A stretch of DNA of 58,969 nt, the filler included, from Dugesia japonica (lineage: Eukaryota): assembly GCA_001938525.1 (NCBI GenBank). It is 4 parts of 4 records of this genome, joined end to end, with 100 filler letters (N's around TTAATTAATTAA, not from the genome) between each part and the next. Parts side by side here need not be neighbours in the genome. Positions count along the whole stretch, not along the records: positions 45,311 to 58,969 come from MQRL01616980.1; 3 more parts are not named here. One strand, 5' to 3'. Each line of letters starts with the position of its first letter. Positions within the stretch are counted from its first letter, which is position 1. The position numbers and the translations under genes are program-made. The notes under the pieces are model-generated. The model ran no database searches and was not told the origin of the DNA. It saw only the letters and a program-made list of their open reading frames with translations. Shown here in pieces: positions 48,291 to 58,969 of the stretch.

Positions 48291-50833
48291 TATTGAACTA
48301 TTAAATATTATGTGATTGTTGATTATTAGTCAACCAATTTTGAAATACAATTGTTGTAGTAAAGATTTTCAATATTTTTATTTTAAACAGAAATCTAAAA
48401 TTATTGATTTAAAAATCCAGTTAAAGAGATTTTCCAAGAAATGCTGGTGAGTAAATTATTTTAATCGATATCAAGGTTTTGAAAATAATTAATGGAAATA
48501 TAAGGCGTGTCGTGCGTAAAATATAGAAAATCACAGTAAATGCAAGATTTCGAATTTCACCTAAAATAGCTGTGATTGTTAATATGTAGAAACAAATTAT
48601 AATGAGCAAGATTACCGAGGAGGAATTGCTTGAAATGGTCCAAGAATTTTTATTAGTTGATAACAACACGTTGAAAATGTACAAGCAATAACTAGAAATA
48701 TTAATTAATTTTTTATTGAAATGCTACTCAAATTGTCTGCGACGAATGTATTACAGAAATTTTTTACAAAATATTAACCAGAAATTGAAAAAATCATATC
48801 AGAAACTTGAAAAAATTATTAATCCTTTGCCATGTTTTTATAGTTATTGAAAACCATTACAATATTTCCCCACTTTTTTGCAAAATCTTTGAATGGTTTA
48901 AATTTTGTGAGTTAATTTAATAATAAAATATATTTTCTNNNNNNNNNNNNNNNNNNNNNNNCTTTGAATTCCTGAAGAAGATTATATATGAAAATTCGGA
49001 TAACTACCAAAAGAGAAATAAAAGAACAAAACAACATTTTGATCGAATTATTAGCATTATCGAATTCCTACTATAATTTTCATACTTTACGTTCTTAATT
49101 GCCTAGTTTCTTATTTTATTTTCTCAGTTTAACTACTTATTTCTTAGTTATCTAATTCAATCTCTTAACTTTCTTGCTAGGCTGGTAACAAATTTTAAAG
49201 CGGGAGTACCCATTTTGCTGTAGTATAGGTGAACTCTTCTGGCTTAATAAATTCTTTTATTCCAACAATTTCTTAATTGCCTTAACTTATTAATCACTTT
49301 AATTTCTTAATTATTTCTTACTTTAATATCTTAATAGCTTTAATTTCTTGATTTCTTACTTTAATTTTACTATTATTATTTTTTATTCTTATTTCTTAAT
49401 TCCTTACTTAAACTTATTAATCACTTTCATTTTCTTAATTACTTTAATTTTCTTCACTTCTTATTTTGATTTCTTAATTCATTACAATATTCCTAATTTA
49501 CTTTAGTTTCATGAATCAGGGTCTATTTTACTTTTATTAATCTTAATTTATTTTTATTTAAATTTACTTTCAACTATACTATAGTTATAATAATCCTATA
49601 TTCATTTTAATTTCCATATGATGTTCTTAATTTTCCTTTACCTTTACTTTTGTATTCCTACTTCATCATTTTAATTAATTAATTTCATTAACCTTAATTC
49701 TATTGAATTTTCGTTTGTTTAAATCTTCTTATTATAATATCCATTTTATTTTTGAAGATGACACAGGATTTAGCAGGAAGGCCGAAAAAGTGTTCTTTCT
49801 AAAGTTAATGGATTTATTTTCTTATAATTATTATTTAACGTAGAAGAGTATCTCGGCCACAATGCTCTTCGAGGAAGAAATAATCTATGTTAAATCTCTG
49901 GAACGATATTGTGATTTCCTTCCAGGAGTTTGGCCTAATTTTTTACTCGCTATCCTTGTGATTATTAATTTATGTGAAATAATCAAAGCCACTAAAATAT
50001 GATATATTATTACCGTTGTCTTAATGGCAATTTTATTGACAATATCCATGATAACAGAAATGAAAACTTTGCTAAATGTAATTGATTTTTTTATTAAAAT
50101 TAATTTAATATTATTGCTAACATTAAAAATGACTAAAAGTGACAGTTTTTTATTAAATTTGATTCATTAAATTTTCCTTAACGAAAGTATTTTATTTAAC
50201 CCAATTATGTTTTCAACAGTTAGATTATAATTAGATCAGTAATCAGTTAAGTGTATTATTATTATTTTAAAGTCAGATTTGTTATAGTTTAACATTAAAG
50301 TTATGGATAATAGACTTATTTAATTAATTTCGATTTTTTTGCTTATTATTCTTTGAAAATTTTTCATTTTTATAATTTTAGATAGTTTAAACAATTTGGA
50401 TGAAAAATAATTAGTTTATATGATTATTAGTATTTAGAGAAAGTGAAACCCGATTAACAGTAAACTAAGTATCAATCTCTTTCGGTGCTTCAATTAGCGA
50501 TCAAGGTTGTCTTATCAATGTACAGACGAAAATTGAGAATAAAAAACGGTCCTAATTAGGACCACAAGTATTTGGTTTTTATTTTTGTTATTTATCGAAG
50601 AGATTGTGAGTTGTCTCTTTATTTTAGATAATAATCTATTTTTAAATTGTTTATATTTTATTTTGAGAATATTTTATTTACATATTCCATAACATGTGTT
50701 ATTGTAATTCTCTCTTCCAGTATACATTTATGAAATTGATTTAGATTTATAAAATTTATAATTAGTATGTAATGAAAATTTTAATATCGAATTTCTTGAG
50801 AAATAATCGAAAATTGTAACAACTGAGAAATCA

Positions 50834-51489
50834 CATTAGTAATTATTTAAGGGTATAAAATTAGTCATGTTTATTGTGACGTTATTTATTCTAAACATCC
50901 TCCTAAATTGATTTACCCTTTATAAGAAAATTTTATTCTAAATATCTCGATTTAATTCATCGGTTTCTCACAATTAAGCGGTGTTTTTTGTTTGATATTA
51001 TACCATCTTTTCACAATAGGGAATATTGAACACATAAATATGGTTAACAAATCAGGTCGATTATTACAGGCTGAAACAGCTTAAAAATTTGTCATTATGT
51101 GGATTAACAACATATTCCTTATAGTTTTGTACTTATACGGTATTATTTGATGCCAATTTTCTCAAAACTTAGTGAGAATCTTTATGGTATTCACTGCTTA
51201 TGGACCAGTTAACTTAGTGAAATTAATAACTTAAAATAAGATTTGGGCTACAAAAAGATTAAAATGATCAATTAAGAAATTTTAAACTAATTTCTTTAAA
51301 ATTTTAATGTAAAATATTTTCAAGCCAAAGGAAAATTTTTACATGATCAATAAAGTTAATTACTTTATCCCATTAGTAATTATTTAAGGGTATAAAATTA
51401 GTCATGTTTATTGTGACGTTATTTATTCTAAACATCCTCCTAAATTGATTTACCCTTTATAAGAAAATTTTATTCTAAATATCTCGATT
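50834..51489. repeat. 119-bp direct repeat (50834-50952 and 51371-51489)
   Basis: The two copies look identical by eye. Confidence 0.9.
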
Positions 51490-51505
51490 GAGCCCCCAAA
51501 ATTCA

Positions 51506-52952
51506 TGTTGGGAATTTACCCTAGTTGGGTTGATTTACTTTTATAATTAAATTTAGGGAGACAAACTATATATAAAATTAAGTCTAGGGTATTTGATCTG
51601 GTAAAACCCTGCGATGAATTTGAATCTAGTGTCGCAAAAAAATCCAGATATTCGGAATAAAGCCGTTGACTCGTAACTCAAGTACAGACTCGCACTCCTT
51701 TGGTTTGGGTTCGTTTTACATGATACTTGCTTAATTTACTAATCACAATTAGCCTTTACAATTATCCACTGATAATCCTCCGTTTTGTGTGGTATTCCTT
51801 ATTTCGGTCACTCTATATTTGATTATAATCTTAATAGCTAATTATCAATCCGGAAAAGAATTTATAAGTGAAAAATATATTATATGAATAAAATTTCACT
51901 TGGGGTACAATAACCTAACAATTTACAAAACTAACGTTTACTGAATCCCGATCCTGAGCAAGCAATAGCATAACATCCATCCAATTCGTATCCAATAGTG
52001 ACTCCGGAGGTCCTCCATCATGATAAGCCATAGCAATCCAGTCGGAAATCGTTGCATCATCAATCGAATCGCATAAATAATCTCCTTTTGTGTTAATTTC
52101 GTTTTAATTTCCGTGTTTCCTTGATAAAAAGTGTATATTTTTGTGAAAATTACACCAGTATTTATTCCGGTTTCTCTTCACACCCCCATTCCTTTCATTG
52201 GTTATTTGTAATCGTGCGATTGTTTATACGTTTCCATTGGCTTGAACGTCACGCGATTTCTTTTTATTGGTGGTTATTTTAAGATTCCAAAATTATTCGT
52301 CAATCTTGAAACCCTTATAACTTCTTTCTGGATCTTTTTATGATTTTCTTACTGACATTTTTGAATTTCCCGATTTTCTCTGGACCATAATCTTCTTATT
52401 TGCTGATTTTTCTACCATGGGAAGTTGCCTTTTTTTCCATATTACAAAATATTTAATTTTCTTTTAAAATTAAATTGTTTTAATTTGTTTGATTTATTTT
52501 ATTTATATAAAAAAATTATTTATTTTATTTTCTTACAAAATATTAATTCAATGTTCATTTCTTTGTTTTCTGATCTGAAATTAATTTAATTCTGGTGTTT
52601 TTTTCACTAATTAATTCATTTAATTTATTTTCTGTAAGTTGATTATTTCCTTTACTTTTCTTTCTTTTATTTAATGAATTATTTTCTTCCGTTATTTTCC
52701 TTTTCTTTGTTCTCTCAGTCCGTTTTTTGTCTTCTAACATTTCTTTTCTTCCTTTGTAATTCACTAGGTTACGGATCATTTCCCATATTCAGTTCCTTTA
52801 TTTTGGTTTTTTCTTCAATTATTCTTTTCGGTAACTGGTCTAACTCCTTCTTTTGTCTGTGTTCTTCGTTTTCTTTCTTGTGACATCTTTTCAAATTTCA
52901 GAAGTACCTAATCGCTGGTTTATTTTCCATTCTCAAGTGTTTTACCCCAACA
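51506..52952 (-). mobile_element. LTR of the TGTTGGG family (about 1.45 kb)
   Basis: TGTTGGG...CCCCAACA termini. Minus-strand head TGTTGGGGTAAAAC. AAACGAACCCAAACCAAAGG is shared with 25905. Flanks do not form a TSD. Confidence 0.65.
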
Positions 52953-53929
52953 AAAGTAAATAGCTCTATTTCTTTTCTACTGGTGAGTAAAATCTTGTAG
53001 TCATAAATTTTGACTTAGAGTTACGTTCCATTGAAATCTATAATATAAAATTTACCCAAATTCTTTTCAAGATCTTTATAAACATTATCTTTGCTTAATA
53101 AATTTTCAACATCTAATAAATTTCCAAATTTGGAGCACAAATTATGAACACTTAGCTTATAAATCATGTACTTATTTCATGCTGCAATATAATTGTTGTG
53201 GAAAAACTATTCTCTGCTAATTTTTCATATAATTTTACTAATTCTTTCAGCTCCGTTGACAATAACGTTAACCGCTTAATCTCTGGCACTCATTTTATGT
53301 TTCTCAACCACGTTTATCAGTTTTATTAATGGTATTTTTAATTATTCGCCTCGTAATGTTGATAAAATGAGATATATGTTTTCTTTTATTCCAAAAATGT
53401 CTTATTTTACTGCATTAGCTCCTTCTAAATTTAATGATTGGTAATCGCAATTTACAAATTATGAGTTAAATTTAAAGTCTCAAGTCTCCATAAATTGTTA
53501 ATTGATTATTACAAGTCTTTTATTAAAATTAAAAATATGACATAACAATTCACAAATTTTAAACAAATAATCGGAGAAATCATAAAATATTTTTCAAAAA
53601 TGTTTTTTTTTTAAATACCAAAATTTAATTATTTTTAAAAATAATTTTACAAAATAATTATTATAATTTAACATAATATAAATATCGACTTTAATTTTAA
53701 AATACCTTTATTATTTTTTAAACCAAATTTTTTTATAATTTTATAATTTAAAATTTTGAAATACTTTTATTTTACGATTATTTTTTGACATACGTTTACA
53801 AAATAATTTCATAATTTTGCCTAATATAATATTTAGAATTTATTCAATTAATTTGTATTTTTTAAAAAACCAATTTAATATATAAAAATTTAAATATCTC
53901 AGATATTTGAAATTCATGAATCGATACTC

Positions 53930-55000
53930 ACACAAATAATGCTTTATTATTTTCTCCATAATTCTTTGTTGAACACTAGATATGTGACCTGACATCACAG
54001 CATCATAATCACTGTGATCTACAGTTTCTTAATTAAATCCGTTCGGAATTTAATTTTTTTTAAACTGTATTTTCAATTGAGGCGGCCTCTTTTTTCATGT
54101 ATTTTAAAAATATCCTAACAAATATTCTTTGATAGAAATTTTTTGGTGGTGAATTCAATATCTACATATCTAAAAACTTTCAAAATATGTTCTCAATGAG
54201 CGATATCATGAGTCAAATCATATAAAAGTCCATAATATTTATTTATTTTGATGTCACTTAATAGTTTATTTCGAACTGTGGATAACAGAAGATTAATAAA
54301 TCTATTTTGAATTTGTGGTGATAGGCATGTGACAGTTCTTGGCGTTTTCATGAAATTTTTAAAATGATTTCAAGTAGTGGATCAAACTATGCTACTAGTT
54401 TAAATAAAGTTTATAGGTTTCTGACATTTGTACCACGTTGAAGCGCTCAATTTCCAAGATAACTGCATAGAGGAAGATTTTGTACAATCTGATTCTTCAT
54501 AAAATATAATATTAACTGCAATATATTTAGCCACCGTTTTTTTCGGAATGTATATTTGCTTTTATTTATACTTGGATTCCTGTTTTATTATTTAATCTTC
54601 TTTTTGTTTCTTTCAAAGTTTTAACGATTTTATCTGTTTTTGACTAATTTCATTTGTAACCAATTTATCCTTTTTCCTCCATTAATTAAAATTAGATGTT
54701 GTTATAAAAGATGATTGTGTAACGGAATTTTAAGTAACAAACAGCTAACAGTAAAAGAAGTATGTTGCATTATTTTTTGGTGAATATAATTACAAAGACC
54801 TGTAATTTCAGTTCCTTTTTCATTAACAACCCATCGAGAAAAGCAGGCTTTTGGCATTCGATAATAAGCTGATGTTGCCATGCTGGAATACTGGATTTGT
54901 TCTGAAATGTGGGGGATCCAAGAAGTTGATTCGATATTATTGGAAGATTATTACTGAAGTTTTAATAAGCAACATCTATCAACTCCAGAACGTCCAGAAT
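53930..55000 (-). pseudogene. ZMYM1-like (Tip100-type) hAT transposase pseudogene
   Basis: FDPLL, CLSPQIQNRFINLL, IKINKYYGLLYDLTHDIAH, VFRYV, NCRSQ and VMSGHISSVQQRI on the minus strand, with many lesions. Confidence 0.8.
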
Positions 55001-56953
55001 TATAGTGATTGCTCCTGTTTAATTTTCTGTACTTTTGATTAGATATAGACTTGGATTTGTCACTTCTGATGTACTTAGGCCCCCATTTACATTGTCTTTA
55101 GAGTCGTTTATTTGTTGTGATGTGTTATCGCATACAAGTTTTGCAGCAGAAGTATTACAACCTAAATGTAATTCAGACTCTGATTTGCCTTCTTCATCAT
55201 TCTTATCTTCTGGTTTTTCCTTTTGAAATTTTTTTTACTAAATATGATTCTATTATTATTCTGAATATCTAAGCTTCTTTTCTTACTCTAGTTTTCTTTT
55301 TCGAATCTGAGATCTGCGAAGTCTTTCCTGGCATATACGTGGTCTCAATAAATAATTAATTTTTATTGCATCAATGAAGATTTTACTTTTGAAAAAACAG
55401 CAATAAATAAAATATAAAAANAAAGTAGCTTTATTGAAATTTGTAAATAATATAATAATAAAATTCAAAATAAGCTTTCTTCCTTGCACAATTCATCTGC
55501 CTAGAACAACTACTGCCATATATCATGGAAAAAAAAGTTAAAAGACTGTTTTTAATACGTACTATCAGAATATAAATAATGGTTTTTGTGCTATAAAGTT
55601 TTAAGGTGATTGGTACTTATAAATACTGTCAGTAGATAAAGGGTTAAACGAACTTTAACTTGCCTTATTTTTGTTAATAATCTTGTTTGTTAAAGTTTAT
55701 TATTTATAATATAATAGAAATACAATCAGACATTAGTTTTGTCGAGTATATCTTTACTTATTATACATCCCAAGCTTTCCAACAAGAACATTATTTTTTA
55801 AGTTACTCACTTGTACAGACTAGTTCTACTTTCATGACTTAAATTAATAGCAAATAGAATAAAGAAATTATAAATTTACAGACAAAAGTGACAAACAAAA
55901 CTATCACAATAACTACTAATATATATTGGTCATAAGAGACCTAGCTACATTAACAACTAGAAAAATTCCAACCAGATTGTTGGTTCATAATAAAGTGTTT
56001 TTTAGGACACATTATAATTATCATTCGTTATTGAAAAGAGTACAAAGAAAAAGATATACCACAATTTCGATAACAACTTTTTGAAATCCACAGTTTGATC
56101 ATCACAATTTCTGGTATTACTATTTTTTTGCGACAAATTTTGATACCACAATTATAATTTGTATAATCCTTCTACAAGAATTCGTTAAAAGAAATTTCGA
56201 ACTTTTGGTGATCCCATTCTATTTATTATTTATTGATTGTTGATTTTAAAGAGAATAAACCAAATAACTGTAAATACTAATATGACTTTCCAGTAATTTA
56301 GATATGAATATTCAGGAATTAAAATCAATAATGGATCAAAATGAATTGCAGTTCAGAAAATTGAAAGTTTAATCAATTCCGGAGATGCAGCATAAAAATG
56401 CTGAATTAATCTTAATTAGTGAGGCCAACAATAGATTAACTTTGTAATTATGACATCGAATATTAGTGTACGAATACAAAATGTCCAAAGAGAACATGTG
56501 ATCAAAAGAGTTGGTAAAATTAACGAGGCAGTGCGAGGTGATTAAGGCGTTCAGTTAAATAGAATTTGTTGAAAGAGTTCATGTTAGATACACAATCGAT
56601 TGTCTGAAGAGAAGCACAGATTCAGAGTTTGAAATATAAATGGAATGTAACGAAAGAATCATTCCTCAGTTAATCATAGACATCAATACTGTTTTAGAAA
56701 TAAAATTCGTTTTTATTGAATGCATGAGTTGTTTTTATGGTTTTACCAGGACAAAGAAGTTGTAGTATATTTGCTTTTTTGAATAACAAACCGCTAAAAA
56801 TGTTTTGTGTTTATACTTTTACTCTTTTCTTTGTGAGTTAATTAATATTCATTAGGGCTGAATAATTTCTATATTTAATTTACTAAATTTTGATGAATTA
56901 CTAATATTGTCGTAAAATCGAACTTGAAATTGGTTAAAGAACATATTTAGAAT

Positions 56954-57088
56954 TGTTGGGGTTCCACCTGAGTTGATGTTAGAAAAATAGCGGCTGGGGA
57001 AATGACAGCCCTCAGGGGACTCCTTCAATAATGTAATCTAAAGTCCCTATTTAGATTTTCGATATGGAGGGGTTGACCTCCAACGTTA
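56954..57088 (-). mobile_element. LTR 3'-end fragment
   Basis: TGTTGGGGTTCCACCTGAGTTGAT...CCCTCAGGG is the reverse complement of 26010-26077. Confidence 0.7.
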
Positions 57089-57089
57089 A

Positions 57090-57235
57090 ACCATTATTCA
57101 TTAATTTCCACGAATCTTTCTAAAAGTCAGTTGTAGCCACAGTTCTTTTTCTTGTATTATAATCTATATATTCTTTTAACCACGGTTTTTCTCTAAATGA
57201 AACTATCTCATGTACTTTTGTTACAACCATTCTAA
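57090..57235 (-). pseudogene. Short pPolB fragment (motif B region)
   Basis: MVVTKVHEIVSFREKPWLKEYIDYNTRKRTVATTDF*KDSWKLMNNG. Confidence 0.85.
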
Positions 57236-57726
57236 AATGAGTATTTGGGTTTGCTGCCATTTTTAAATAACCAAAATAAAATTTACGCAAATTTCCAAAA
57301 CATAGAAATTAGGACAAATTAGTTTTAGATTTGATAAAATCATATTCCAGACAAATTTTAAAAACTGCATTTGCTTCACAAAAAATCGTCACATACAAAG
57401 TGACTGCCAGTTTGAATAGCATACTTTTGAAGGCACGACATTGTTGAGACAATAAATTTATCATAAATTAAAGAACAACAATAAGCGTAATTAAACTAGA
57501 ATGCTTTTACTTGTTGCAAAAATCTAACCTCCCTTTTAATTCACAAAGCCCTGAAACAGGGGCGGGTGTAAAAAAATCACCTCAGAAAAGAGCGTGGTAC
57601 AAACGAGGGTCACCTTGTGTTCTGCAGTTTCCAAACTTCCGTCTTAAAACGTTTCTTTTCTTCTATTCAGTTATTTTTAAATTTGATAAATGTTGATATG
57701 ACAATTGAATAATTTCTAGTTCATTC

Positions 57727-58969
57727 TGTTGGGGTGAAACCTTCGGTTAGTAAAGAAAACGTGAGGGACAAGGGCTCAAACTATAAAATTATGCAGAAGA
57801 GGCTTGAAAAGAAATACAGATCAGCTGGTTAAACAGTATACATCTTTACCAAAAAAACTAGAAAGAAAAGTAAACAACAGAAAGAAAACATCAGACGAAT
57901 AAATTCAACCCTGCTCAATCACAATAATTAAAGAAAATTAGAATGTATTATGAAAAAACAAGAAAATTGGAAAAATAATTTATTAACAAGAAAATATTAA
58001 TTAATTTTAAACAAAAAAGAATTAAAATTAAGTAAAAATCAGTTTTGGTCAAATATCTCCGCTCAGAAAAATCACAGAGAGTTTTAGTAAGAAAATACGG
58101 GGCAATAGGATTTTGCAATAAGAAAATCCTGCTATCATCAGGAGGACCCCTACAACGGTCTGAAGAATGGGCCAATAAGGGTCCAGAAAAGAAAAAATAA
58201 AACAAAACAGGAAAACTATATGGTGCTCTAAAAATAGGCACAAATAGAGAATCAAAATTAGTAGAGAAAATCAAGAAGATTGGCACCACCCCAATCAGAA
58301 CCAAGAAATTCAAACTAAAAATGGATATCCAATACTGACAGAATTGTGTTGTAACCAGAATAGTATAAAATCCCCCCAGAATTTTATCAAAATACTAACA
58401 GAAAAACCAATAATTTACTTGTACTATTAGCGTACCAATTTGTTTATCAAAAGTTTCAACTATTATTGTCGTAGAAACTCATCATAACAAGCTATCGCGT
58501 ATCATTTACTACGAAATTTCTAGATCGATTTAGAAAATAATAAAGTAGATTAGATTTTAATCATTAGACTAGCCAAGATTAATTTTAATTTAAAAAAGAA
58601 AAGAAATCCGAAGAAGAATTAGGTTATTTCCATGGGTGCGAATCTATAATTGTTAACAGAGAAACTAGCGAAAACCATTGCAGAAATCCCAAAGTTTATT
58701 AAAGAAAAGTAAATTTATGTTTTTATTAATTATATATTAAATAATTTTAAAATTCAAAAATAAATGTTTCACTCTATATTAGTTTTTATTTAATGGGAAT
58801 GTGAAATGATAATTAGATTATAGAACTATTACCGAATGTCACATAATGATAAATTACTTTATCTTTAATAGATTTAAATAAATAAAATAGATCATTGGGT
58901 GTAATGCCACATACATTGGAGAGACTTCCCGTCATCTCTGTAAAAGAATTCAGGAACAAAGTCGGTTAG
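57727..58969 (+). mobile_element. LTR head (TGTTGGGGTGAAAC family), probably continuing past the window
   Basis: TGTTGGGGTGAAAC start. GAAGAATGGGCCAATAAGGG is shared with about 23920. TATA at about 58364. 3' end not identified. Confidence 0.7.

Noticed and set aside
55600-55647. piggyBac-like end AAAGGG|TTAA
   Set aside because: No partner TIR found, and the adjacent coding relic is hAT rather than piggyBac.
57948-58313. Hydrophobic ORFs antisense to LTR heads (also 23803-24096 and 52674-52883)
   Set aside because: They arise from the A-rich strand bias of the LTR head, and the frames are not conserved between copies.

Overview
Strongly AT-rich eukaryotic DNA, probably from an invertebrate. 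The short GT-AG introns and the transposon repertoire would fit a planarian-like genome, but that is inference. The window is almost entirely nested, mostly decayed mobile DNA. It is split into four blocks by three artificial N44-TTAATTAATTAA-N44 linkers (26611, 36017, 45255), so adjacency across them is unproven. Main content: (1) A well-preserved Polinton/Maverick (alphadintovirus-like) segment at 40878-45210 with an AGTAGT terminus, two unknown ORFs, a major capsid gene, and a single 445-aa ORF fusing a parvovirus VP1u-type phospholipase A2 domain to a DDE retroviral-type integrase. (2) A decayed protein-primed PolB gene with zinc-finger and endonuclease VII-like N-terminal domains (about 31275-34430), plus three other pPolB fragments. 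(3) A family of large (1.5-3.3 kb) TGTTG...CAACA solo LTRs, two with exact 4-bp TSDs, which carry short coiled-coil genes inside the LTR itself. (4) Tc1/IS630-like, mariner, several hAT, piggyBac-like and Penelope-like relics, including minimal hammerhead ribozyme motifs. (5) The last two exons of an IAP-like (UBA-RING) gene and a spliced orphan pseudogene. No rRNA, tRNA or CRISPR array was seen. All family assignments come from motif recognition by eye; no searches were run.
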